64,000 nucleotides of DNA, from the sequence record NZ_CP024587.1; one strand, given 5' to 3'. The notes under the pieces are model-generated. The model was not told the origin of the DNA and searched no databases. It saw only the letters and a program-made list of their open reading frames with translations. This document shows, piece by piece, positions 48,843-58,437 of the stretch. How positions within the stretch are numbered: position 1 is the stretch's first letter; each line of letters begins with the position of its first letter. The translations under genes were made by a program, and so were the position numbers. This DNA comes from a plasmid.

Positions 48843-49154
48843 GTCGTGCTTCTGCCCAATCCAGCCACGGACACTATGCTATCAAATGCTATCAAGCTGC
48901 ACCAAACCCTTATGAGATCCGGCCGCCCTTCAGCCTTGTGGTCCCGGGCAGTTGCCATGCCCCAGAACCTCCTCGCAGCCTGCTGGCGTTGGTATGCTCG
49001 CCAAGGCTTCATCGGGGGCAGGAAACGAAAGCGCTCTCAGTGCCCGGCTTATGAGCACGCCGAGGAAATAGCGCTCAGGCGTCGATAGGCTTCCAGCCAT
49101 GGCGGGCCCGGCTGCGTCGTAGAATCGAAAGAGAAATGGTCGCCGCGTGCTGGG

Positions 49155-49514
49155 TCATGGAGCGCCCTCTCTGGCGACCGTTGGCTGACCGAAGCCGAAC
49201 ACCCCGAAGAACAGCAGGGCCTGCTCCGCCAGCCAGTCCGCTGGTGCCTCGCCCAGCTTGCCGGCGATGACCGAGCGATCCAGCGTTGCCAGCTTATCGA
49301 AGCGCACCACGGACAGGATCTTTAAGCCGGTCCCCGGACTGGCCGCGAGCGCTGCCATATCGGGGCCGGTGCGGGGCACGGAGGTGATGAAGCAGACCAC
49401 GAGGTCGGTCCGCCGGTCATTGTCGCGTGAGACCACCAGCGCCGGGCGCCGCTTGTCGCCGGACAGGTCGGTGAAAGGAAAGCGGGTGAGAACGATGCTG
49501 CCGAAAGCGAACAC
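49155..49514 (-). CDS. MazF/PemK-family toxin (type II TA)
   Basis: ..RRPALVVSRDNDRRTDLVVCFITS.. matches the PemK/MazF fold signature. Confidence 0.65.
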   Translation of the reverse strand: MFAFGSIVLTRFPFTDLSGDKRRPALVVSRDNDRRTDLVVCFITSVPRTGPDMAALAASPGTGLKILSVVRFDKLATLDRSVIAGKLGEAPADWLAEQALLFFGVFGFGQPTVAREGAP

Positions 49515-49751
49515 CTAGCGCCGCGTCTCCACCAGGTCGTCATCCGAATATAGGTCGGGCTCATCCCGCAGCCAGTCGAACGCCTTGCCGTCCTGAGCCA
49601 TCCTGCCCATGGGAAGGGTCTCGTTCTCGGTGAACTCGACCACGACATGCACACGGACACCCCCAGGGATGCCACGCCGGGCGAGTTCCGCCGAGACGTC
49701 CCCAGCCGTGGCATCGAGAATGATCTGCGGCATCGATTGGCTCTCCTGCAA
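49515..49751 (-). CDS. putative cognate antitoxin (78 aa)
   Basis: Small acidic ORF immediately upstream of, and abutting, the toxin gene. No family assignment. Confidence 0.4.
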   Translation of the reverse strand: MQESQSMPQIILDATAGDVSAELARRGIPGGVRVHVVVEFTENETLPMGRMAQDGKAFDWLRDEPDLYSDDDLVETRR

Positions 49752-49878
49752 GCCCCGGGATTCTAGCGGTTCCGGCCCGGGTCGTCTTGCCTGATGAGCG
49801 ACGACGATCTCCGGAGAAGACCATGCTGGAGCTGTTTAGCCTTCCACTCGAAATAGGGCAACTGCCAGTTCCTCAATC

Positions 49879-49913
49879 ATCAGGCACGATAATAGATGCT
49901 TATCGTGCCTGAT
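49879..49913. promoter_or_regulatory. perfect inverted repeat ATCAGGCACGATAA-N7-TTATCGTGCCTGAT in AT-rich intergenic region
   Basis: 14-bp perfect arms seen directly. Located ~130 bp upstream of the antitoxin start and ~370 bp upstream of the RHH gene. Confidence 0.4.
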
Positions 49914-50280
49914 AATCGGATAACACATTGTTGTCGCGAGATAGATGGCGCCATCCACCGGCAGCAGTCCTCGCACCCAGCATCCCATCACGAAGACAGA
50001 AGCAGCCATCCCGGCAGAGGCAGGATCGTGGCACATCCTTCTGCCTTCCGCCGGTGGGAATGGCGGCGCGGCCCCCGATTTTTCCTGTTCCCGTTCGCAT
50101 CGCGCGGTTCCAGAGCTTGGAGCCGTCGCCGCGAGAGCACAGCACAATGGGTGGATCGGCCGCAGCGAGGTACGACGAGGTTCCTGGCCCTTCCTGGCTG
50201 GCTCGGGCATGCTTCCAGGTGCCAGCACCAACCCCGTATGCCCCCCGCCCCGGGGCAGGAGCCCCTTGGAACACCAGGAT

Positions 50281-50665
50281 GGTCCGTCCCCTGACCGACA
50301 GAACCGCAAGCATGGGAAAGCTCGATACCCCTCTGCCGGCAAACTACCTGAGCGCCATCCAGCAGCTGGTCGACAAGCGCAACGCCCAGGCCATGCAGGA
50401 ACAGAAGCGTTTCTTCGCACGCGATCTGCACGAGGAAGCGCTCGCGGAGCTGATCCAGCGTGCCGAGGCGGGCGAGCCAATCATCTTCATGGCCACCCCC
50501 GCCTCCAGGGCCTCCCGCAGAACTTTGTGGGTCGATGAGAAGCTCAAGGCCGGAGTGGATCACCTGGCCATGCTGCATGGCGTCACCCGCTCGGCAGTGG
50601 TCTGGACCGCCTTGCACGGTTATCTGGAACGCCGGGACGCCCTGCGAGGGGCAATCGCCGCCTAG
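50281..50665 (+). CDS. hypothetical protein with ribbon-helix-helix-like C-terminus (possible rep regulator)
   Basis: C-terminal ..RRTLWVDEKLKAGVDHLAMLHGVTRSAVVWTALHGYLER resembles CopG/RHH DNA-binding modules. Start chosen at MVRPLTDR; the upstream part of the track ORF is improbable. Confidence 0.4.
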
Positions 50666-50937
50666 AATACTATTTTGCGGAGTTTTACGGCTGGACTTTG
50701 GCCAGCATATGCCCGCAATGTCCACCGTCCGGACTCGTCACCCGACGTTTGCGGACATTCCTTCCACCGTCCTGTGAGGACCCAACCCATAGCGCGCTGA
50801 AAAGCAAAACGGCCGGTGCCTGCAAGCACCAGCCGTATCGCACTGAAAACTCTGGATTGGGCCAAAAATGTCTGACCCCAATCTAGAAACGGGCTCACCC
50901 TTCGTCAAGCGACACTTCGCCTGACAACGGGAGAGCC

Positions 50938-52305
50938 TTGTCGACGGTGCGGCTGCGCGCTCGCGAGGAGCGAGCCATGTCGAGTTCGGATTCCGACCCC
51001 CCGGCCCCACCCCGGCCCACCGGCCGGCGCCGCGTCACCCCGGCGCAGATCCGCAACACCGCGGACCTCACCGGCCGCATCGAGGCGGTCAGCCATGTGC
51101 GGGTGCTGGCGGTGTTCAAGCGGGTCTTCCCGCTGCTGGGCCTGGACGAGCGCCTGCGCACGCTGATCGACGTGCTGTTCCGCTACACCACGGCACAGGA
51201 CTGGAACGGCGAGGGACTGCCGATCGTCTGGCCCGGCCGCTGGCAGCTGATGCGCGACCTCGGCCTCGGCCTGCGGGCGGTGCAGTACCACCTCGCTTTG
51301 GCGCTGGAGGCCGGGCTGATCGTCTCGCACGAGCAGGGCGGCGGGCAGCACTGGGGCATGCGGGATGCGGAGGGACGCATCATCCGGGCCTCGGGCTTCA
51401 GCCTGGCGCCGCTGGCCGAGCGGCTGCCCGCCTGGGAGCGGCTGCTGGAGGTGCAGCGGCAGGAAGCGGCCGAGGCGGCGCGGCTGCGGCGCGAATGCGG
51501 CTTCCTGCGGCGGCGGACGCTGGAGCTGACGGCGCTGGGCCAGGCGCGCGAGCTGCCCGGTTCCGACTGGCTGGCGGTGGAACGGGAGGCCGAGGCCCTC
51601 ACCCTCCAGAGCCGCCGCCTGGACGATCCGCGTCCCCTGGCCCCCATCGCCGGTCGGCTGCGCCTGTTGCTGGACGAGACCGAGCGCCTGATCCGGGCGG
51701 CCATCCCTGCGGATCACGGGGAGGATTCACCCCACGGTGCAACCTTGGTTCACCCCATTACAACTACAAACCACCCCTCTATCGCTAAAGCGATTGCACC
51801 CGTCGCCTGCGGCCATGCTCAGGAGGCAGGAGCAGGCGGAACCGGATCGCAGGAGCGGTCGGCCACGGAAGCGGTGGCAAAGGGAGCAGGAGGCGAGTCA
51901 GGACAGCCGGCGGTGCTGCGCGGCTTCCCGATGACGCCGGAGGTGCTGCTCCACCTCGTCCCGGGCCTGCGGGACCGGAGCCGCCGCGTGCCGGCCTCAT
52001 GGCGCGATACCTGGGTGCTGGCCAGCGATGCCGGCGCCGAGATCGGCATCTCGAAACACGCCCGGCTGCACGCATTGAACCTGCTGGGCCAGCAGGGCGG
52101 CGCTGTGGCGCTGGGCACCGTGCTGGCCAAGCACGAGGCTGGCCTGATCCGTAATCCTGGCGGCTACCTGCGGCGGATGCTGGAGAAACACCAGGAGGGC
52201 GACCTGCATCTGGATCGGACTCTGCACGGGCTGGCCGATACTGTGGGCCGGACCGGTACGCCGACTCGGGCATCGGGCGCGGCGGGATCCGTCATGCGAC
52301 CGTGA
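50938..52305 (+). CDS. repC: RepC-like plasmid replication initiator
   Basis: ..LRAVQYHLALALEAGLIVSHEQGGGQHWGMRDAEGRIIRASGFSLAPLAERLPAWERL.. matches the RepC winged-helix region and the hallmark GFDLSPL motif of repABC-type initiators. No repA/repB are adjacent. Confidence 0.6.
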   Translation: MSTVRLRAREERAMSSSDSDPPAPPRPTGRRRVTPAQIRNTADLTGRIEAVSHVRVLAVFKRVFPLLGLDERLRTLIDVLFRYTTAQDWNGEGLPIVWPGRWQLMRDLGLGLRAVQYHLALALEAGLIVSHEQGGGQHWGMRDAEGRIIRASGFSLAPLAERLPAWERLLEVQRQEAAEAARLRRECGFLRRRTLELTALGQARELPGSDWLAVEREAEALTLQSRRLDDPRPLAPIAGRLRLLLDETERLIRAAIPADHGEDSPHGATLVHPITTTNHPSIAKAIAPVACGHAQEAGAGGTGSQERSATEAVAKGAGGESGQPAVLRGFPMTPEVLLHLVPGLRDRSRRVPASWRDTWVLASDAGAEIGISKHARLHALNLLGQQGGAVALGTVLAKHEAGLIRNPGGYLRRMLEKHQEGDLHLDRTLHGLADTVGRTGTPTRASGAAGSVMRP

Positions 52306-52414
52306 TCGGCTGAGGGTGAGGATTCACCGCGCCCCGCAACGTCCTGACGCACGGGCTTTGAACAGGTCGTGTAGCCGCCCGACCAGGCCGTGCTGTCACG
52401 AAACCGGGCACAAG

Positions 52415-52429
52415 GTTCTTGTTATGTTC
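52415..52429 (+). promoter_or_regulatory. alphaproteobacterial-type LexA (SOS) box GTTC-N7-GTTC
   Basis: GTTCTTGTTATGTTC sits 26 bp upstream of the first ORF of the imuB-dnaE2 operon. Confidence 0.6.
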
Positions 52430-52454
52430 TGGATTCGCCAGATAGCTTGCCGGC

Positions 52455-52688
52455 ATGTCCGACGAGCGTCCCAACGAATCCAGCGGCAATCCGCTGACCC
52501 CCGCGCGGCCGGAGGAGGTGGCCGAGGCCCTGTCCTACGCTCTGCGCTACGACGAGCGCGGCCGGCCGCGACCGCATGGCGGCGAGATGATCGCGGATCT
52601 GGCGGCCCAGCACCTGGCCCGCCATCTGGAGCGGGCCGGCTTCGTGCTGATGAAGCGCCCGCCCGGTCGGCCGCACCATGTCGGCTGA
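52455..52688 (+). CDS. small hypothetical protein (77 aa), first gene of the SOS mutagenesis operon
   Basis: ORF preceded by a LexA box. Its stop overlaps the imuB start. Far too short to be ImuA. Confidence 0.4.
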   Translation: MSDERPNESSGNPLTPARPEEVAEALSYALRYDERGRPRPHGGEMIADLAAQHLARHLERAGFVLMKRPPGRPHHVG

Positions 52689-54195
52689 CCTGGAGCACGC
52701 CCGTCGCGTCGTCGCGCTGCGGCTGCCCTGGCTGGCCGTGGATGCGCTGCGGCGGCGAGCGCCGGATCTCGCTGGCCAGCCGGTCGCGACCTGGCAGGCC
52801 GTGGGCAACCGGCGGGTGCTGGTCTGCGCCGATGCCCCGCCCCTGCGGGCCGGGCAGTCGCTGGCCGATGCCCGGGCCATGCTGCCCGACCTCGTGCTGC
52901 GCCCCGCCGATACCGCCGGCGAGGCCGATCTGCTGCGCCGCCTCGCGACCTGTGCGCTGCGCTTCACGCCGGCCGTGGCGCTGGATGCTCCGGATGGGCT
53001 GATCCTCGACGTTACCGGCGCCACCAGCCTGTTCGGCGGCGAGACCGCCCTGCTGGCGACGCTGGAGGAGGGCTTCCGGCGAGCGGGCTACCGGGTGCGG
53101 GTCGCGATGGCCGGCAATGCCGATGCCGCCGCCGCCCTCGTCCAGGCCGGGTACCACGGCACCGTGGTGGCACCGGGCGAGGATGCCACGGCGCTGGACC
53201 CGCTACCGGTCGCGGCCCTCCGCTTGCCCGCCGGCGTCGCGGGCGGCCTGGCCCGGCTCGGGCTGCGGAGCGTGGGCGCGGTGCTGCGTCAGCCTCGGGC
53301 GCCGCTGGCCCGGCGCTTCGGGCGGCCGCTGCTCGATGCGCTGGACTTCGCCACCGGCGCCAGGGTCCGGCCTCTGCAGCTGATCCAGCCGCCGCCGGAC
53401 TTCTCCGCCGCTCAGACCTTCCTGGAGCCCATCGTCACCCGCCCGGCGATCGACCGCGCCGTGGACACGCTGCTGGAGGAGTTGTGCGGCGCGCTGACTG
53501 AGGCAGGCCGCGGCGCCCGCCGCCTGAGCCTGCTGACCTTCCGCGTCGACGGCGACGTGCAGGAGGTGGCGGTCGGCGTGGGCCAGGCCAGCCGCGCCCC
53601 GGCCCATCTGCGCCGGCTCTTCGTCGAGCCGCTGGGGCGGCTGGAGCCCGATTTGGGCTTCGACCGCTTCGTGCTGCGCGCCACGGAGACCAACCCGCTC
53701 GCGGGAAGGCAGATGGCGACCGTCCTGGGCGGCGCGGAGGCGAATGGTGACCAGGAGACAGTGCTGTCGGAGCTGCTCGACCGGCTGAGCCAGCGCGTGA
53801 TGCTGTGGCGTCCCAGCCCGACCGGTAGCCACTGGCCGGAGCGGGCGGTGGTCCCGGCCAATCCCTTCGTGCCGGCCATGGCGGCGCCCGAGGGCTGGGG
53901 CGAGCGGCGGCGGCCGGTGCGGCTGCTCGACCGGCCGCGCGAGCTGACGGTGATCGCCGAGGTTCCGGACGGCCCGCCGGCGCAGTTGCGCCTGGACGGG
54001 CGCGTGCACCGGGTGCGGCACGCGGCCGGCCCGGAGCGGCTGGAGCCGGAATGGTGGGGCGAGACACACGACCGTCCCCGCCGGGACTACTTCCGGGTGC
54101 TGACCGGGACGGGGGAGCGGCTCTGGCTCTGCCGCCTCGGGGTGGACGGGCCCACGGCACCCGCGCGCTGGTTCCTGCACGGCTACCTGGCGTGA
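52678..54195 (+). CDS. imuB: ImuB (Y-family DNA polymerase-like, catalytically degenerate) of the imuA-imuB-dnaE2 cassette
   Basis: N-terminus RVVALRLPWLAVDALRR.. is typical of ImuB. Its position immediately upstream of dnaE2 fits the known imuB-dnaE2 cassette. Confidence 0.8.
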   Translation: MSADLEHARRVVALRLPWLAVDALRRRAPDLAGQPVATWQAVGNRRVLVCADAPPLRAGQSLADARAMLPDLVLRPADTAGEADLLRRLATCALRFTPAVALDAPDGLILDVTGATSLFGGETALLATLEEGFRRAGYRVRVAMAGNADAAAALVQAGYHGTVVAPGEDATALDPLPVAALRLPAGVAGGLARLGLRSVGAVLRQPRAPLARRFGRPLLDALDFATGARVRPLQLIQPPPDFSAAQTFLEPIVTRPAIDRAVDTLLEELCGALTEAGRGARRLSLLTFRVDGDVQEVAVGVGQASRAPAHLRRLFVEPLGRLEPDLGFDRFVLRATETNPLAGRQMATVLGGAEANGDQETVLSELLDRLSQRVMLWRPSPTGSHWPERAVVPANPFVPAMAAPEGWGERRRPVRLLDRPRELTVIAEVPDGPPAQLRLDGRVHRVRHAAGPERLEPEWWGETHDRPRRDYFRVLTGTGERLWLCRLGVDGPTAPARWFLHGYLA

Positions 54196-54202
54196 GGCTC
54201 CG

Positions 54203-57200
54203 ATGTCCCCCGCCTATGCCGAGCTCGGGTGCCGCTCGAACTTCACGCTGCTCGACGGCGCCTCGCACCCGCAGGAGCTGGTGGCCACGGCCGCGGCCCT
54301 TGGCCATGCCGGGCTGGGGCTCTGCGACACCAACTCCCTGGCCGGGGTGGTGCGCGGGCATGTCGCGGCGCGCGAGTTCGACCTGCCTTATGTCGTGGGC
54401 TGCCGGCTGCGGCTGGACGACGGCGCCGAGTACCTGGCCTGGCCCACCGACCGGACGTCCTACGGCCGTCTGACGCGGCTGCTCTCGCTCGGCCGGATGC
54501 GCTCACCCAAGGGCGAATGCGCCATCACCCGCGAGGAGATGCTGGCCCACGCACCGGGCTGGTGCCTCGCCGCCGTGTCGCCCCTCCGCCCCGACCTCGC
54601 CTTCGCCGATCGGCTGCAGGCCGATGCCCGGGCGCTGCGCGGCGTGCTGGCCCTGCCGCTGCTCTGCACCGCCACGGTGCGCTTCGACGACATCGACGAG
54701 GACCGGCTGGAGGCGCTGGCCGAGATGACGGCGGTGACCGGCACCGGCCTGCTCGCCACCAACGACGTGCGCTACCACGCTCCCGGGCGCCGTCCCCTCG
54801 CCGACGTGCTGACGGCGATTCGCCTCGGCCGCCCCGTCGACCGCCTCGGACAGGCCGCCGAGCCCAACGCCGAGCGGCACCTCAAGCCGCCCGCCGAGAT
54901 GGCGCGGCTGTTCCGCGATCATCCGGACGCCCTGCGCAGCACCCTGCGCGTGCTCGACGCGTGCCAGGGCTTCTCCCTCTCCCAACTCCGGCACGAGTAC
55001 CCCGACGAGATCCTGGAGCCCGGCCGCACGCCGCAGCAGACGCTGGCCGTGCGGGTGGCCGAGGCCGCGACGGCGCGCTTTCCGCGCGGCGTGTCATCCG
55101 ACATCCAGGCGCGCCTTGACCACGAGCTCGCCCTGATCGGGCAGCTGGACTACGCGCCCTACTTCCTGACCGTGGACGAGGTGGTGCGCTTCGCGCGGGG
55201 ACGCGGCATTCTCTGCCAGGGGCGCGGCTCGGCCGCCAACTCCTCGGTCTGCTACGTGCTGGGCATCACCGCGGTCGATCCCTCCAAACACGACCTGCTG
55301 TTCGAACGCTTCCTCTCGGCCGAGCGGGCCGAGCCGCCCGACATCGACGTCGACTTCGAGCATGAGCGCCGCGAGGAGGTGATCCAGTTCCTCTACCGCC
55401 GCTATGGGCGCGACCGCGCGGCCATCGTCGGCACGGTGATCCGCTTTCGCGGCCGCTCCGCCGTGCGCGAGGTCGGCAAGGTGCTCGGGCTGTCGGAGGA
55501 CGTCACCGGCCGGCTGGCCAAGGCCAGCTGGGGGCCAGGGCGGGACGACAGCCTGGTCGAGATCGCCGCGGCCGAGGGGCTGGACCTCGCCGACCGCCGA
55601 CTGCGCCTCGCCCTGGAGCTGGCGGAGGAGATCCAGGACTTCCCCCGGCATCTGGCCACCCATGTCGGCGGCTTCGTCATCTCGCGCGGGCCGCTGATCG
55701 AGATGGCCGTCATTGGCAACGCCGCCATGGACGGGCGCACGGTGCTGGAGTGGGACAAGAACGACGTCGAGGCGCTTGGCCTGCTCAAGGTCGACATCCT
55801 GGCGCTGGGCATGTTGTCCTGCCTGCGGCGTGGCTTCGAGCTGCTGCGCCGGCACCGCCTCGCCGATCTCGACCTGGCCGCCGTGCCGCGCGACTGCGAT
55901 GAAACCTACGCCATGCTGCGCCGGGCGGACTCCCTGGGCGTGTTCCAGGTCGAGAGTCGGGCGCAGATGAACATGCTGCCGCGGCTGCGGCCGAGCCGCT
56001 TCTACGACCTGGTGGTGCAGGTCGCGTTGGTCCGGCCCGGGCCGATCCAGGGCGACATGGTGCATCCCTACCTGCGCCGGCGCTGGGGGGACGAGGCACC
56101 GGTCTACCCCTCCCCCGCGCCGGAGCATGGGCCGCCCGACGAGCTGGAGAAGGTGCTCGGCCGCACTCTGGGCGTGCCACTGTTCCAGGAGCAGGCGATG
56201 CGGGTCGCCATCGTGGCGGCCGGCTTCTCCCCCGGTGAAGCCGACCAGCTCCGCCGTGCCATGGCGACCTTCAAATACACCCAGGGTGTTGCGGTGTATC
56301 GCGACAGGCTGGTCGGCGGCATGGTCCGTCGCGGCTACGACCCCGAGCTCGCCGAACGGGTGTTCAAGCAGATCGAGGGCTTCGGCAGCTACGGCTTTCC
56401 CGAGAGCCATGCCGCCTCCTTCGCCCACCTGGCCTACGCCTCGGCCTGGCTGAAATGCCACCACCCGGCGGTGTTCGCCGCAGCACTGCTGAACAGCCAG
56501 CCGATGGGCTTCTACGCCCCGGCGCAGATCGTGCGCGACGCGCAACAGCACCGGGTGGTGGTGCGGCGACTGGACGTGAACGAGAGCCAATGGGACTGCA
56601 CTCTGGAGCCAGAAGCTCGCAGCGCCGAGGGCCTGGCGCTGCGGCTGGGCCTGCGGCTGGCCGAGGGACTGGCGGCCGAGGACGGCAAGCGCGTGGCCGA
56701 GGCAAGGCGCGCGGGCAACGGCAGCCCCTTCGCCTCGGTCGACGAGGTGGTGCGCCGGGCGGGCGTCCCCCGGCGGGCGATCGAGGCGCTGGCCGCGGCG
56801 GATGGCTTCGCGGGCATGGGACTGGATCGCCGGACGGCCCTCTGGGACGCCAGGGGAGTCGAGAACGATACCCCTCCCCTGCTGCGCCTCGCCGGCCAGG
56901 CAGCGGCGGCCGGCGAGCCGCCGCTGCTGTCCGAACCCTCCTCTGCCCTGCCGGCCGAGGACGATGGGCAAGCGATGATGCTGGACTACGTTGCGACGGG
57001 CCTGAGCCTGCGACAGCATCCGCTCGCCCTGCTGCGGCCGAGGCTGCAAGCGCTGGGCTGCCGCACGACGCGGGACCTGGACAGCCTGCGCGGCGGCGCC
57101 CGGATCCGGCTCGCCGGCCTGGTGCTGATGCGTCAGCGGCCCGGCACGGCCAAGGGCATCGTCTTTGTCACGGTGGAGGACGAGCACGGCACCGCCAACC

Positions 57201-57445
57201 TCGTCGTCTACGCCGACATCGCTGCACGCGACCGCGCTGCCCTGATCGGGGCCCGGCTGCTGCTGGTGGAGGGACGGATCGAGCGTGAGGCCGAGCGGGC
57301 CGAGGTGCCGGTCATCCACCTGATCTGCCGCCGATTGGAGGACCGCTCCGACTTGCTCAGAGGCCTTATGGATGACGATTTCAGCGGTCAAAGGCCCCCG
57401 GCTCAATCACCCAAAGGCATGCCAGCAAGCCGGGACTTTCGGTAA
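54203..57445 (+). CDS. dnaE2: error-prone DNA polymerase III alpha-subunit paralog DnaE2 (ImuC)
   Basis: N-terminal PHP domain (YAELGCRSNFTLLDGAS..), polymerase core (..LGVFQVESRAQMNMLPRLRP..; ..FGFPESHAASFAHLAYASAWLKCH) and OB-fold, 1080 aa. An antisense 770-aa ORF is spurious. Confidence 0.9.
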   Translation: MSPAYAELGCRSNFTLLDGASHPQELVATAAALGHAGLGLCDTNSLAGVVRGHVAAREFDLPYVVGCRLRLDDGAEYLAWPTDRTSYGRLTRLLSLGRMRSPKGECAITREEMLAHAPGWCLAAVSPLRPDLAFADRLQADARALRGVLALPLLCTATVRFDDIDEDRLEALAEMTAVTGTGLLATNDVRYHAPGRRPLADVLTAIRLGRPVDRLGQAAEPNAERHLKPPAEMARLFRDHPDALRSTLRVLDACQGFSLSQLRHEYPDEILEPGRTPQQTLAVRVAEAATARFPRGVSSDIQARLDHELALIGQLDYAPYFLTVDEVVRFARGRGILCQGRGSAANSSVCYVLGITAVDPSKHDLLFERFLSAERAEPPDIDVDFEHERREEVIQFLYRRYGRDRAAIVGTVIRFRGRSAVREVGKVLGLSEDVTGRLAKASWGPGRDDSLVEIAAAEGLDLADRRLRLALELAEEIQDFPRHLATHVGGFVISRGPLIEMAVIGNAAMDGRTVLEWDKNDVEALGLLKVDILALGMLSCLRRGFELLRRHRLADLDLAAVPRDCDETYAMLRRADSLGVFQVESRAQMNMLPRLRPSRFYDLVVQVALVRPGPIQGDMVHPYLRRRWGDEAPVYPSPAPEHGPPDELEKVLGRTLGVPLFQEQAMRVAIVAAGFSPGEADQLRRAMATFKYTQGVAVYRDRLVGGMVRRGYDPELAERVFKQIEGFGSYGFPESHAASFAHLAYASAWLKCHHPAVFAAALLNSQPMGFYAPAQIVRDAQQHRVVVRRLDVNESQWDCTLEPEARSAEGLALRLGLRLAEGLAAEDGKRVAEARRAGNGSPFASVDEVVRRAGVPRRAIEALAAADGFAGMGLDRRTALWDARGVENDTPPLLRLAGQAAAAGEPPLLSEPSSALPAEDDGQAMMLDYVATGLSLRQHPLALLRPRLQALGCRTTRDLDSLRGGARIRLAGLVLMRQRPGTAKGIVFVTVEDEHGTANLVVYADIAARDRAALIGARLLLVEGRIEREAERAEVPVIHLICRRLEDRSDLLRGLMDDDFSGQRPPAQSPKGMPASRDFR

Positions 57446-57725
57446 AGTCTGCTTTCCCGCTTTCGGGAAATCAGTAGAAACCGATGGCACGTTCGGTCTG
57501 CCCTACTTGTGGTTTGAGGGACGGTACGTTTCTCCCGGCAGATCATCAGCGGCATCTTAGTCAGTACAAGCGCCTGATTTCTCTTACTAGTTCACCCGAT
57601 ACCGAGATGTACCAAAGGGCTGTTTCCGGCTTTCCCGAAATAGGGAAATAGCTCTTTAGGGCTATCGGGTTTCCGTGAAAGCGGGTTACAACGAAGAAGG
57701 TGAGCGGGAAAGCCCGGTTTCACGA
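57440..57725. promoter_or_regulatory. cluster of at least 6 short inverted/direct repeats of TTTCCCG / CGGGAAA and GGTTTCACGAAACC upstream of parA (candidate centromere-like parS/operator site)
   Basis: Examples seen directly: TTTCCCGCTTTCGGGAAA (57448-57465), TTTCCCGAAATAGGGAAA (57624-57641), CCGGTTTCACGAAACCGG (57706-57723). Confidence 0.45.
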
Positions 57726-57748
57726 AACCGGTGTTTCGGGAGAGTTCC

Positions 57749-58426
57749 ATGGCCATTGTGACGTTTGCCCAGGTCAAAGGAGGCTCGGGCAAGACCACCG
57801 CCGCGATGTGTACCGTCGCCGAGCTGGTCGCCCGCGGGGAGACGGTGGCTGCCCTGGACCTCGATCCGAACCGCCCCCTGAAGGCATTTTTTGCGAAGGT
57901 GCCAGAGCTGACGCGTGTCGAGGTGGCTGTTCCGGATGGGGAGCGCCGGGTCACTGCGCTAGTGCGAGATCTGGCATCCAAGCACAATCATGTCGTGATC
58001 GACTTGATGGGCGCTGCCACCAACGACACCCAGGTGGCAATGGCGCTGGCGGACCTCGTCATCGTTCCGTCCCAGATGAGCGAAACCGACCTGCGCTGTG
58101 GGGTAGAGACCTGGCGGCAGGCCGAGGAGGCCCAGGAGATCAGCGGTCGCCGAATTGCGCGCGGCATACTTCTGACGAGGACGGCGGCCGGCGCCGCCAG
58201 GCCAAGAGTGGAAGCCTTTCTGCGCGAGCAGTACCAGCGGGTAGGCGCACATGTTCTCACGGCTGCCTTCGGTGATCGGGCCGCGTGGAAGGAAATGACT
58301 TACACCGCACATATTCCTCACCTCCATGACAGAGGAAGCAATGCCGCCGCTAACTTCGTCGGGGTCTTTGATGAGATGATGGCCCTGATAGCAGGCGATC
58401 CCTCCACCCTGGCCAGCGCCGCCTGA
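57749..58426 (+). CDS. parA: ParA-family partition ATPase (small, type Ib-like)
   Basis: Deviant Walker A VKGGSGKTT. About 225 aa from MAIVTFAQ. Confidence 0.85.
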   Translation: MAIVTFAQVKGGSGKTTAAMCTVAELVARGETVAALDLDPNRPLKAFFAKVPELTRVEVAVPDGERRVTALVRDLASKHNHVVIDLMGAATNDTQVAMALADLVIVPSQMSETDLRCGVETWRQAEEAQEISGRRIARGILLTRTAAGAARPRVEAFLREQYQRVGAHVLTAAFGDRAAWKEMTYTAHIPHLHDRGSNAAANFVGVFDEMMALIAGDPSTLASAA

Positions 58427-58437
58427 AGGATCGACCG

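Noticed and set aside
50905-52273. Several 100-270-aa minus-strand ORFs antisense to repC
   Set aside because: Low-complexity antisense frames. repC has the diagnostic GF(D/S)LSPL region.
55094-57406. 770-aa minus-strand ORF antisense to dnaE2 (and 53435..54361, 53203..54180 antisense to imuB)
   Set aside because: Antisense artefacts. dnaE2 and imuB have strong family signatures.
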